A DNA stretch of 63,465 bases, filler included, from Globobulimina sp. (GCA_003354225.1; 55 parts of 55 records of this genome joined end to end with filler, not necessarily neighbours in it); one strand, 5' to 3'. Numbered from the whole stretch's first letter, positions 23,026 to 35,841 are shown. Notes: generated by a model from the sequence alone, not told the origin. Made by a program: numbers and translations.

Positions 23026-24477
23026 NNNNNNNNNNNNNNNNNNNNNNNNNNNNNNNNNNNNNNNNNNNNTTAATTAATTAANNNNNNNNNNNNNNNNNNN
23101 NNNNNNNNNNNNNNNNNNNNNNNNNATCGTGACTTCTTACTAGGAATGGTGAAGTACTAATTTAAGGACTAACAATAGTTTTAGCTTAGGGGCTTACAAT
23201 AGGGGGTATAATATGTCAATATACTACATTACTCCCTTTTTTTTGATTTAAAGTCCTTGAATTTTCTTAGTCTTTTCATCAAAAACAAAAACTTCTTTTC
23301 TCTGTCTCTGTCCTCGGCAACCATGGGTTCTTGGCTTTACGTCTTGAACCCGATTCATTCATTGATTGACTTGGTAATCAATTGATGTTTGAATCATCCA
23401 TCATCATGACCTCGATGGTCAGTCCAACAATGGGTCAATTCGCCGATCGCGGCAATTGTCCATTAACCATTTAATGAATCTGCCGATCGCGGCGATTCAA
23501 ATTCCGATTACGCAAAATCGCAATAATGGGCGATTAATTACAAAACGCATTATTTTACAAACTCATTATTTACAAATTCATTATTCGGCGATATTGGCGA
23601 TGGCGGCGATTAATTCGTTATTCATTACGGGCATTGTTCACGCACATATTTCGTCGTTGAAGAGGCAAATAAATAACAAATAAACAAAACTGTATCCATT
23701 GAGCCATGCGACGCTTGAGCGCATCCTGGCCATTGGTACGGTGTCATTGATCATTCGGTTCACATTCGCCGTAGTGCCTTCGTTTTGTGTCCATTGAAAC
23801 CGTTTATCGGTCACTCACTGCGCGCATACGTTCATGGCATTCGCTTTGTGGATTGGATCTGTAGCAATGTTCACTGTGCCTTTTGGTTCATTGTTGCTCG
23901 TTGCGTGGTCTTGGTGGATCACAGAAGCGCCCTATGCATGGGTTATATTGCCGGCTGCCTTGGGTAACCCTTCGCTTTGGGGGATCCTCGTGATATTTTC
24001 TGATTAAACGCATAATTACTGCAAATTTTTCAAATTTCAAGATATTTCAACATATTTTCAAGCCATTATCGCCATTATCGCGCATTCCTGGAACACTATG
24101 TACCGGACATCTGCGTATTGGTTATTTTCATTCGGACCGAATGGATTAATTCAATTTTCGCAGTATGATTAAATCGGGAACNNNNNNNNNNNNNNNNNNN
24201 NNNNNNNNNNNNNNNNNNNNNNNNNTTAATTAATTAANNNNNNNNNNNNNNNNNNNNNNNNNNNNNNNNNNNNNNNNNNNNTTTAGTTATCGCGAACAAA
24301 TTTTTTGGAAATTTTGTTTGAGCTTCACAATAAACAAGAAGTTTAGTGGCGAGAAAACTATATTTGTATTGATATAATGAGCACATTTGGAAAAATAACC
24401 AAAAACAAGGAATTTAACCTAAATAATTTGACGACTTGCAGCCAGTTCTGGGCAAATCACTCTCCTGTAGTCGCCCT

Positions 24478-25337
24478 TTAAACTTTTATTAACTTGAACG
24501 CAAAACAAAACACAATAAATAATATGAAACTATTTGGATAAATGGGTGCAATCTCACTTGTATCTATTGTTGGAGCGCCTGATGGAGCCGCTGTTGTTGG
24601 AATAACGGTAACAGTATGTTGATAATAGTCATTCATTACGCCCTGGGTCGAGGTAGGAAATCCACCGAATACATACCAAACATTATCCACCTCAATCAAT
24701 GCCACATCCCTTTGTCCTCGAATTAAATCGGAGTCAAAATAAATTGAATCATTAACACTCGCCGTATCAATAATATCCACAGAAGATACTGCTTCCTCTC
24801 CAATACTCAGAGAATCATCGTATTCTCCACCAACCACATAAATCAAATCTGAACCAGACAACACAACCGATCTATGACTTTCTCTCGATTGAGTTAAATT
24901 TGCTGTCATTAGGCTCCACGCGCCATTCACATCCGGTACTTGAGACACATCAATAGTCCATACATCGGACGTACTGAATGAGTGCGTACCGCTGTCCATA
25001 ATGCCACCTCCAATCAAATACAAAACACCATTCACCACATTGCACGAGGCGCGGCCTGTGCCAGTTGGGAGGCTCGTGCCCGTCGACCATGTGCCATTTT
25101 CAATATCATAAAGGGTGAATTTAGTGCCGAAGCCGTTATAATTATAAGCAACTAAGCCTCCAAGAATCATTAAATGTTGCTGATAATAAACCAAACAGCG
25201 ATAATTAAGTTGATCACCTTCACGAAGATGCCCATCTCCATAAATTGTCAATGATGGGATTCTTGCGCCGGCGGAACGGTTAAATACATTGATATTGACT
25301 GAACTGCTCGGTAGCATATATAATAAATCTCCATTTT
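24478..25337 (-). CDS. Extracellular kelch-repeat protein with PT linker, 5'-partial
   Basis: Repeated hhGG motifs (LMILGG, LYLIGG, IYVVGG, YVFGG) with W. Confidence 0.85.
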
Positions 25338-25441
25338 NNNNNNNNNNNNNNNNNNNNNNNNNNNNNNNNNNNNNNNNNNNNTTAATTAATTAANNNNNNN
25401 NNNNNNNNNNNNNNNNNNNNNNNNNNNNNNNNNNNNNTTAG

Positions 25442-25762
25442 TCGATAACAAATCCATACACTTTTGATGAAATCGAGATTTTACGCGAGAAAATATTACG
25501 CACCAAAGACGACGACGATGTTCCTATTGTGTTATGTGGAAATAAATGCGATTTAGAGAATCAACGGCAAATTCAAAAAGATCAAGCGCAGCAATTGGCA
25601 GAGCAATGGAAATGTCCATTCATGGAAACCTCTGCCAAAGAAAAAATAAATCATAAGGAGTGTTTCTTTGAAGTTGTACGTTTAATAAGGAAACCAAAAC
25701 CAAATAAGAAAGTCGTTGCTAAAAAGGATACAAAATTATTTTCCATTTGTAACATTTTATAG
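25442..25762 (+). CDS. Ras/Rap family small GTPase, last exon
   Basis: After AG acceptor: SIT..TFDEI..LREKILRTKD..VPIVLCGNKCD, ETSAK, polybasic tail, CAAX CNIL. Confidence 0.93.
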   Translation, partial: SITNPYTFDEIEILREKILRTKDDDDVPIVLCGNKCDLENQRQIQKDQAQQLAEQWKCPFMETSAKEKINHKECFFEVVRLIRKPKPNKKVVAKKDTKLFSICNIL

Positions 25763-25913
25763 AATTGTGTATGTTCAATGTTCATTGCGTTTGGATTGTA
25801 ATTAATACGTTAACACTTTATATCATCAACTCGTCATCTTTTCGTCGATCGTTTTCACACAAAATCAACAACATAAAAAATCATTTTCGTCGATCGTTTT
25901 CACATAAAAAATC

Positions 25914-26493
25914 ATGCTGCCTCATTTACTCATTGTGCATATTTTAATATTACACAACGCGAATGGTAATTTTAATTGCATATCACGTAAATCGAGCGTT
26001 TCGGCAGCTGGTGATGACAAAAAAATATCCATTGGCTGCATCACCACGTTTCCCACATTAATCTCATGCGGATTTAGGTATATTACATTCGTGCCTGTGT
26101 CCATACTGCGCATATATGCATTCCCATGCATTTATGCAGCACAAAAGACCATACAGAGGATGATTTAGATGGAGGTTTCATGTCAAGCTCAAGCTGTACT
26201 GCCCAGAATGGAAACGGGGGAGCTGGTGTTTATGCTCACGCGCGTTGCTGCAAATTCATTCCCAATGATGTACAATGTTTTGGGTTCCGCAGTGCGTCAT
26301 ATGTCCAGGGTGATGATGCAAAACAAGTAACAACTTGCGGGGAGTCATCATATCAATTTTTAACTGGCTGTTCTTCATTCTCGTCATGGACCTCTATCGA
26401 TGGACATTATCCTGGCACTACATCACCACATTCAGCCAATATAAAATATAATTTTGATTATAAAATTACGAAGCAAGCGTGTACTGCGGTTAA
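25914..26493 (+). CDS. Secreted protein of PCSK9 C-terminal-like Cys-rich modules; intron 26078-26139; 3'-partial
   Basis: Signal peptide; CTAQNGNGGAGVYAHARCC and LTGCSS; 62-nt GT-AG intron joins frames. Confidence 0.75.
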
Positions 26494-26709
26494 NNNNNNN
26501 NNNNNNNNNNNNNNNNNNNNNNNNNNNNNNNNNNNNNTTAATTAATTAANNNNNNNNNNNNNNNNNNNNNNNNNNNNNNNNNNNNNNNNNNNNATGACAA
26601 ATCTACCTATTTATATTAAAAAATACTCGTTCTAATTAATTCAATAGCAATTTTCTATTGCAAAATATATATGAAAATCATTATATTGTTGCCGCAAACA
26701 ACATTTTCT

Positions 26710-27649
26710 ATGATAAATAAACTACTTGCAAATAAGCTGTTTCCTGTATCCATTAAGTTAATTTCTCTTATTGCCTTTATTGCATTAATGATTATTGGAT
26801 TTTCAGCTAATTCAGACGATGCAATATTGCTTAAGCAACTAAGAAATACAAATACTGCAAATTTATTTGTATGGTCATACTGGTGGCCTTTAATAATTAT
26901 TGCTGCAATAGTCTTTGGCAGGGTTTGGTGTATGATTTGCCCTATCGAAATAATTACTTCAATAAGTGCCAAAATTGGTCTCAAACTAAAACGACCAAAG
27001 TGGTTGTTATCCGGTTGGGTAATGGCAATCTTCTATCTTCTAATACTTGTAGTTGGAATTAACATTTTTGCCATTCATCGAAACCCGGCTTATATGGCGG
27101 CATATTTGGTTGCTATATTTATTGTGTCAATTATAACAGGTTTTCTTTATGAGAAAAACACATTTTGTCGTTATGTTTGTCCAGTTGGACACTTGTTAGG
27201 TATTTACTCAAGGCTATCAGCTTGGGGTTGGCGAATAAAAGACAAACAGACATGCGAAACATGCAAAGACCAATCGTGCATTCATAAAAACTATCGTTAT
27301 GCCCAAAATTACAAGAGTTGCAATGTAGATCTTCATCCGGCAAAAATTGAAGATAATACCGATTGTATTTTGTGCGCCGGTTGTTTAAAAACTTGTAATT
27401 CATATCAATCAGAGCCAAATAAAAAACGACCAAATCCTGGATTTGTAAAAGTTGGGTTTGCAAATGGTCTTTTCAACAGTAAGCCCCTACGTACTGCAGA
27501 ATGGTTCTTCTTATTTGTATTAAGTGGATTTGTTATTTATGAAATCCTGTCGGAATTCAGCAGTGCTAAATCCATACTCTTATTTTTACCCAAAAGTATA
27601 GATAACTTACTTCATGTTGAAAATACTAAAATTGCCACCATTAGCATCA
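26710..27649 (+). CDS. Bacterial membrane-bound 4Fe-4S polyferredoxin (NapH/NosR/FixG-like), 3'-partial
   Basis: GRVWCMICP, FCRYVCP, CILCAGCLKTC; TM helices; intronless. Confidence 0.88.
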
Positions 27650-27860
27650 NNNNNNNNNNNNNNNNNNNNNNNNNNNNNNNNNNNNNNNNNNNNTTAATTA
27701 ATTAANNNNNNNNNNNNNNNNNNNNNNNNNNNNNNNNNNNNNNNNNNNNAACGAGCACCACCAACAGAAATAGCATTTTTATTTTTGTGAATTTTGTGAA
27801 TGCCGCCATTGTAACCAACGACTCAACAGTTCCTTTGACACAAACCAACGAACATCGAAC

Positions 27861-28675
27861 AATGAGTACTGAAGAGGAGAAAGAAGTACTCACCGAAGAA
27901 GAGGATGTCGAAGAAGAAGAAGAAGAGAATCCAGATGAGATGACACCGCAACAGAAATTATTTTATTTTTCAAAACGAGGCGATGTGTTAGGCATCAAAG
28001 AATTGGCAGAATACAAAAATGTTGACATAAACGGATCGTATTCCTCGCAAACCCTTGGTGGTCCTAAAAAAAAAACCCTTCCTCGCATTTCAACCTATAT
28101 TGGATTTAAAACCTATATTTCCAAAAATACAGCATTGCATTATGCGGTCCAATCCGGATCGTTGGAATGTGTTAAAGTTTTATATAACCTCGAAGCAAAA
28201 TTGGATGCTACCAACAAGTTAAAATCTATCCTATTATGATATAAATATGCGATTAGCCGTAATATGAACACAAACACACTTTTGTATTGCACATAGATTA
28301 AAATCAACGCCATTACACATAGCCGCATCGCTGGGACATTCAGAAATTGTGCAGTTTTTAATTGATATGAAGGCCAATGTTGAGGCTAAGAATATTATTC
28401 AAAATACACCACTTCATTGTGCAGTGTATGCAGGACATGTTGAAACGGTTAAGATCATACTAGCACAGTTAGATGAGCCTAGAGACTCCCTTTTGGAGCC
28501 AAACGGGGTCGGAATGGCTGCTGCCAAATATACGGCGCACGAAGATATGAAGGCTTTGTTAAGGACTTATTTTCCAAAAAGAAAAGCCAAAGAGGAATAT
28601 AATAATAATATTGAAGAGGAAGAGGAGGAGGAGGAGGAGGGCCAGGAGGCCCCTCCGACATATACCGTGCAATGA
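27861..28675 (+). CDS. Ankyrin-repeat protein with acidic termini; intron 28218-28296
   Basis: NTALHYA, STPLHIAA (after splicing), NTPLHCA. Confidence 0.9.
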
Positions 28676-29844
28676 ATGTAACCAAATTCAATGATAATTA
28701 AATTGTAAATGTACACGTATACTTTTTTTGTTTTTATTTCGTTTCATTATTTAATTGCTCTTCTATGAAGTTGTCCTATTTTTTTTTTGTTTGGTGCAAT
28801 GGCGANNNNNNNNNNNNNNNNNNNNNNNNNNNNNNNNNNNNNNNNNNNNTTAATTAATTAANNNNNNNNNNNNNNNNNNNNNNNNNNNNNNNNNNNNNNN
28901 NNNNNACACGGTCGTGGATAGTATCATTATTTGGATATTTCTACCATAACAATGTAATTACTTCAAAATCATGTTTAATATAATAAATTCTGATATTTAT
29001 CTTTAAGCAATTTAAATAATGATACATTTTCTTCTTTCTCTTCACGTTGATATAAGACTCTTGCCGTCATTGACGTGTCATTTAAAATTGTTATTTTGGC
29101 TTGATCTGCAAATTCTAATTAAAATCTTAGATAAGCAACTCAAAACAGGGGGGAAAAAAATCCTGACAAACTGTATAGTGGTATTTCCGTTCAGTACTGA
29201 TCCTATCGAACACCTGTTGTTGTGGATTTACAGATGCATAAACCTCACGTAGCTAAATTGTAAGAGCAATACACTGCTTTTATGCTGGAATCCAGGTTCA
29301 AATCATGGCGTGTGATATTGGCGGTACGTAGTGTTGGTAAATCTGTCGCACTGAACAAAGGTACTTTTATTACTGCACTTCATAATGCGATCTGATTGGC
29401 GCAGACAAAATAGTGCGATCTAATAGGTGCGCACCCATCAACGCTACGTATTGCTCCTTAACATATATCGAAGAATTAAAAAACAAGACACTGCACCATC
29501 GCGTAAATTTGCCGCAGTATTATCAAATATTCTGAACAATTAACAAATGTGGAAATAGATTAAAAAAGAATTGTGAATTAAATGAGCACATTTAAACAGT
29601 GCATTGGATCGAATACATTGTTTGCACACATAATTTCGTAATGATGGCAATGTCGTTGCAGAGCTCTACCACCGACAACAAAATTAATATATTTTGTTGG
29701 TACATTAGATTTAGAAAAAAACCTCACTAAAACTTAGTTAAGATTGAATCTGACACAACTCTCTGTTATTTGGTGGTGTTGAAAAACACCTGGTAAAAAA
29801 TAAAGAATATTTACAAAGATAAACAAGATGTGATTTACAAATAT

Positions 29845-29961
29845 TTAGTTTCCTCTTAATCGTTTCGCCAAAGCAATATCTTTTCCCATAATAGTAACGC
29901 GTTTGGCGTGGATAGCGGCCAAATTGGTATCTTCAAACATTGACACCATATATGCTTCGGT
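29845..29961 (-). CDS. H3: Histone H3 family, C-terminal 38 aa
   Basis: [38 protein letters not shown]; not in ORF track. Confidence 0.93.
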   Translation of the reverse strand, partial: TEAYMVSMFEDTNLAAIHAKRVTIMGKDIALAKRLRGN

Positions 29962-30376
29962 NNNNNNNNNNNNNNNNNNNNNNNNNNNNNNNNNNNNNNN
30001 NNNNNTTAATTAATTAANNNNNNNNNNNNNNNNNNNNNNNNNNNNNNNNNNNNNNNNNNNNATAATAAAATAGACATGTGGCTTCCCAATTGGACTGTGA
30101 TAATTGGTAGTTATCGTTGGATGTATACTCTTGGGAATATGTAATGGTGAAAACGCATAACAACCGTAAAAACGGTGACATGATTAAGAGCTTTACTTGC
30201 TTTTAACGACTTTTTTGGGATCATTATTTCATTATTAATGATGGGGGTTATGTATATTAAATGAGACGTCACGTATTTAATGAAAAAGTGAGATCCGCAG
30301 CTGTTGCGTTACAATGTTGCTCTTTTAGTCTCACTGCTATGATATTTACACTGTAATATTTATGAAAAAAAATAAA

Positions 30377-31117
30377 TTATTGTCTAATTTTTTTAATATG
30401 ATTTATAACTTTTAATCGATGTGCTTTCAATGCAATACCAATACTTTCTAAATCATTCTCATTATTTATTTCCCGTATCATTGCAAGCGAATCAAAACCA
30501 TTTTGTATAAATATATCATAATATCTAAGCAATCCAATTGAATCCAACCACAAATAAATCTCTTTTGCTCCATCCTCGTTAATATCATAATCAATCCCTT
30601 CAACAATATCATTCTCCGCATGTTTAGGCATACCTGGCTCATTTCCAATTATTTGTTTTGCTGCAAAACCGTCAAACATAAAATTATTTTCATTCGAGTC
30701 AACTTGTATAATTGGCTCCTTTCCAATTCTTTGTTTTTCTGCAAAATCACCAATATATCCACCATCAGTTTCAACCACATTAACACCATGTACATTATCC
30801 ATAATTCCAAAATCCGTGGAATTCACCATTTCTAAGACCGCATTGTCCACAGCAACTCCATCGTCATCACTATTACTTTGCACATCTACAATCTCAACAT
30901 CACTCATATTGATCATTCCCATATCTGTTTTATTAATAATTTCCACCAGATCACTATCATTATTATCTCCTGAATTATTCATAACGACTTCATCCTCACC
31001 ACTACTTTTTACATTCGTCATTTCGACATTACTCATACTTGAAACACGATCCTTTATAATTATTGAAATATTTCTTTGATTTTTCTTCCAAAATTTATAA
31101 ACAAATAATGCAGCAAC
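30377..31117 (-). CDS. Single-pass membrane protein, cytoplasmic tail with C-terminal SAM domain
   Basis: VAALFVYKFWKK TM end; WLDSIGLLRYYDIFIQNGFD...LESIGI..KAHRLK. Confidence 0.88.
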   Translation of the reverse strand, partial: VAALFVYKFWKKNQRNISIIIKDRVSSMSNVEMTNVKSSGEDEVVMNNSGDNNDSDLVEIINKTDMGMINMSDVEIVDVQSNSDDDGVAVDNAVLEMVNSTDFGIMDNVHGVNVVETDGGYIGDFAEKQRIGKEPIIQVDSNENNFMFDGFAAKQIIGNEPGMPKHAENDIVEGIDYDINEDGAKEIYLWLDSIGLLRYYDIFIQNGFDSLAMIREINNENDLESIGIALKAHRLKVINHIKKIRQ

Positions 31118-31276
31118 NNNNNNNNNNNNNNNNNNNNNNNNNNNNNNNNNNNNNNNNNNNNTTAATTAATTAANNNNNNNNNNNNNNNNNNNNNNNNNNN
31201 NNNNNNNNNNNNNNNNNCTTCGCAATTTCGCACCACAATACATATACATAACACATATATGCACCAACAACAAAGG

Positions 31277-32273
31277 CAGACACATCGTGAATCAATTAGG
31301 TCGCATGGGATCGCAAGTGATCTTACCATATCGCGGCGATGGCAACGAAATCAAGGACAGCAAATTAATGGGTGATTTGGGGCAAATCGTACCTTTGCCC
31401 TATCAAATCCGCGACAAACGTTCAGTGGAACGGGTGATCCAAGACTCCAATGTAGTGATCAATGCCATCAGTCGTCGACGCGAATCGCGCAATTTTTCCA
31501 TGCACGACACGCACGTCAATGGCACCCATATGATAGCACGGACTGCGGCAGAATTGGGGGTGGATAGATTTATACAGATCTCCGCGTCCAATGTGAGCGA
31601 AGATAGCGTCTCGCGCCAATATGCGAGCAAATGGCACGGCGAGCAGATAGCGAAGGCTTTTTATCCGGAAGCTACCATCATACGACCCGGCCAATGTTGC
31701 GGTAATTTTGATTGGTGGTTTGAGCGCTTTTCCTGGCAATGGTCGCTCCCTTTTCGTAGACCTACCATTGTTGGGCCAAAACAGAGGTTACAGCCATGCA
31801 ATTATTTGGATGTGGCTCGTGCCGTCGGAGTGTGTGTGTTGGATCCATTGGGCACTGCGGGTAAAACGTATGAGATTCATGGCAATATATGTGCGACAAA
31901 GGAACAATTCTTTGCCAGAATGCAAGAGGTGTTGTCCGGGAGACGCACCGATTTGAAACTTTACAGAGCATGGAATCCAAAGATATTGGGCGCAATCTTG
32001 AAACCGTGGTATCCGTTGCATCGATATATACAATTCTGGGGCGATTTTATTCGGCATTATCCCAATATGCAATTGAATACTCACGAATGTGTGATGCAAT
32101 GTGCAATTGATATGTTTCATGATAAGGAAAGGTTTGAGAGAGATGGATTGCATACATTGCAGGATTTGGGGCTTGAACCGGAGGATTATATATATTGGGA
32201 AGCACGTTCATTGGAGCCATATTATGATCGCTTAGTGCCCCTCATGGAACAAATTGAAATGAAGAGGAAAGAT
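31277..32273 (+). CDS. NDUFA9: Complex I 39-kDa subunit (NDUFA9), partial
   Basis: VNQLGRMGSQVILPYRG, KLMGDLGQIV, SNVVIN, ATIIRP. Confidence 0.93.
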
Positions 32274-32373
32274 NNNNNNNNNNNNNNNNNNNNNNNNNNN
32301 NNNNNNNNNNNNNNNNNTTAATTAATTAANNNNNNNNNNNNNNNNNNNNNNNNNNNNNNNNNNNNNNNNNNNN

Positions 32374-33389
32374 CCTCGATGGCCCAGCCAGTGATGCCAA
32401 TATCCGCCTGTTTGTACGGCAAAGGGGAGCCAGCGGAGACGTTAATCATTTCGCGCACCAAATCGATGCCGGTGATGTACTCAGTGACCGGGTGTTCCAC
32501 TTGTAAGCGGGTGTTCATTTCAAGGAAGTAAAAATTCAAATTCTTATCCACTAAGAACTCGCAGGTGCCGGCAGTCACATAATCGACGTGTTCCGCTAAT
32601 AAGCAAGCTTGCGATCCCATGGTCTCTCGCAATGAGGGCGTCACGATCACAGAGGGAGCCTCTTCGTATACCTTCTGGTTCCTGCGTTGTATGGAACATT
32701 CCCGCTCATTTAAGTATAGGTAATTGCCATGTTTATCGGCTAAAATTTGGATTTCAATGTGACGGGGATCTTCGATGAATTTCTCTACGAATAAACGGTC
32801 GTCGCCAAAGGAAGAGACTGCTTCGTTGGTCGCCAAACGAAAGGCGTCGCGGCATTCGCGATCGTCGTAGGCAATACGCATGCCTTTGCCACCTCCGCCT
32901 ATTTGTTTTGGAGTTAGACATGTTTGTGTGTGGCTGGCATGGACTGAAGTGAAGTGAAGTGAAGTAGAGTAAGCTCGAAAATGTGAGTTTTACATTTTTT
33001 AATGTTGGGACTTGTGGGAAACGATAAGTATAAGTACCTGCAGAGGCTTTCACCATTACAGGATAACCGACGGCATTTGCAACCGTTACGCATTCATCGG
33101 CATCTTTAATGACTCGGTTATCGCCAGGTATTATATTGACGCCCGCGGCAATGGCAGTTTCTTTTGATTTTATTTTGTCGCCCATTACTTCGATGGCATA
33201 TGAACCGGGCCCGATGAATACAACATTTTCTGCTTCCAAGGCAGCCGCAAATGTGTTGTTTTCAGATAAGAAGCCAAAGCCAGGATGGACAGCTTGGGCG
33301 CCAGTCATCTTCACGGCGTTTACAATGCGCTCGATTTGTAAATATGACTGTGCGGAGGCTGCAGGTCCAATACATATGGCGTCGTCTGC
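32374..33389 (-). CDS. PCCA: Propionyl-CoA carboxylase alpha (biotin carboxylase domain); intron 32899-33037
   Basis: [11 protein letters not shown], spliced [42 protein letters not shown]. Confidence 0.92.
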
Positions 33390-33529
33390 TTAGAGCACGA
33401 AATAACCCCCCGCATCTGCTTAGGAATGGNNNNNNNNNNNNNNNNNNNNNNNNNNNNNNNNNNNNNNNNNNNNTTAATTAATTAANNNNNNNNNNNNNNN
33501 NNNNNNNNNNNNNNNNNNNNNNNNNNNNN

Positions 33530-34537
33530 TTTTGCAACTTCACAGGTTTTAAATGGATGATCCTGATCAGGATGAAATGCACATTTATGTTTGAAACGTG
33601 CCTGAGGTCCCGGACCACATAATTTTCGCGGGTTGGTACATGAGCCCAATGCCCATTTAAACACGCAAATATCACTGGGGCACGACGTGCCATATTCTGA
33701 GACGCATTCAAATGTTGTGGTACGCAATAAACGTACATTGTCCTTAGATTCATAATACGAATTGGTTCGTGTTGATCGAGCATCGCTCTGTCGATAGTTA
33801 CTCGGTCGTCGATTATTGGCGTCATTTGGCTGTGGTTTCATGGGCCGGCGATTATCATTGTTGCGGTTGCCATGACCGCGATTATTATAATTATTATCGC
33901 CATAATTCGCCTTCGCATAATGATAGTTAGTATTCGGTGGTTGATTTGAATTGGAATTGGCGACATAGATATTAATCTTATTATTTTTATCATATTCTTC
34001 CATATTAAAGCGATTAAATGTACTCAATAAAAATTGGATAACATTGGCTCTGGGATTGGAATTGTTGAAGGACTGTGTATACGAATTATAGTCCATTAAT
34101 ATACAAATTGGGACATTGTTTTCAAGATAATATTGAAACATCTCAATGACAGTGGTCCAGAACACCACAACATTCCAATATGGCTTTCTTGCAAAAATCT
34201 GGATTTTAATATTAAAAATCTGAATATTGGCCTTCACCATTTGGACCCAATCGATTAATAAACGAATATATGGGGAATGGTCAGTAATTGAATTAAGCGC
34301 AGACAACACAAAATCCATTGTATCATTCCATGCATTTAAAATGAAATAGATGGAATGTTTAGATTTGAAGGCGGAATAAATTTCTTTGGACGGGGAACTA
34401 ATGTCAGATAAAACATATGTTGACGACAAATATTTTAACGTGGCATGCAACAATGAGGGGACGTCAATATAATCCGAGTTTGCAAAGCCAGTAAAAAATC
34501 GAATCACTGTGTTTCGTGTTTTTCTTTTCATTTTCAA
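33530..34537 (-). mobile_element. Putative gag-like ORF of a DIRS/Ngaro-type retroelement
   Basis: Helical N-part, N/R-rich linker, terminal C..C..C..H.C..H..H..C zinc cluster. Confidence 0.5.
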
Positions 34538-34831
34538 TCTTGATTTAACTATTTAATATATTATATAAATAAACCTTCGACTTTTNNNNNNNNNNNNNNN
34601 NNNNNNNNNNNNNNNNNNNNNNNNNNNNNTTAATTAATTAANNNNNNNNNNNNNNNNNNNNNNNNNNNNNNNNNNNNNNNNNNNNATTAAAAAAATAACA
34701 ACAAACAAATAATAATAAAAAAAAAAAGTGCAAGGAAGGAAAATAGTAAAATAAATTAAAAATAATATTAAAAAAAAAAGCATTTACATATAATAGCAAA
34801 TTGTAATAATCAAAAAACGAAGATTGACGAA

Positions 34832-35741
34832 TCAATATGAATATGGTTTATATTTATTATGTACAATCTGATTGGGATTAGGATGTATGTCATTATTACT
34901 ATACGCATGCGATATATTTGGAATGTCGCGATATTTATGTTTTTGTGGTTGTTGCTGTTGATAGGAATGATATTCATTGACATGCTGTCTCGGTGGTAAT
35001 CCCAATTCAGTATATCTCGCATTACTCATTGCTTTATTCTGTTTAGTATTTATCGAATTGGCGTAGGACGAGTCCTCACTGAACGGATTCACATTTACTT
35101 TGGATTTCCGTTTCTTTACTTTGTGGTTTTTATTGTTTTTATGGTTTTTGACTTTGCTGCTTTTATTTTTCTTTTTATCTTCTTTTTTATTATTTTTATA
35201 CTTATTGTTATTGTTATTAACATGTTTCGAATGATTATACACAATTTGTATTATAGTAAACAAAGTATCTATTCTCTGATCAAATGTGTGTTTATTTAAA
35301 TGTATGCGAATGTAATTCATCATCCAATCAACAAAAGTATCCTCGGCGATAAACACATGATTATAATCTATCTTTTGTTTGATTTTCTGCTTATTTATGC
35401 CCACTAATTGTTCAAATATTAACGGAATGGCAATGTGTGGACTTTCAAAATGGATATTACATTTATTCATTCCCGCCGCAAATCCGTTAAAATCCAAATA
35501 CGCCGAACCATTGCTCATAAATGCAAACTGGCACTCAAACAGATACTCAATGGCCGATAAAATGTCATTGCCGATCATATGGTGTGATATCATGGTATGG
35601 TAAAAGACATAAAATCGTAACTCATCATTGTGCAATAGCTCCATCAACGAATCAATAATACTGTTCTTAAAACATATCAGTAACCAGTCATTATATTCAT
35701 CCATACTCATCTTCATATGATTCATTTCTTTGCTAAGGATA
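34832..35741 (-). CDS. Hypothetical protein C-terminus, possible EF-hand-like region
   Basis: 297-aa ORF; NGSAYLDFNGF; Lys-rich linker. Confidence 0.55.
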
Positions 35742-35841
35742 NNNNNNNNNNNNNNNNNNNNNNNNNNNNNNNNNNNNNNNNNNNNTTAATTAATTAANNN
35801 NNNNNNNNNNNNNNNNNNNNNNNNNNNNNNNNNNNNNNNNN

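Noticed and set aside
25839-25903. 20-bp direct repeat TTTTCGTCGATCGTTTTCAC between two genes
   Set aside because: Only two copies; local duplication with no supportable function
29300-29395. WRVILAVRSVGK resembling a short-chain dehydrogenase strand
   Set aside because: Too short, bounded by stops, no other SDR motifs found
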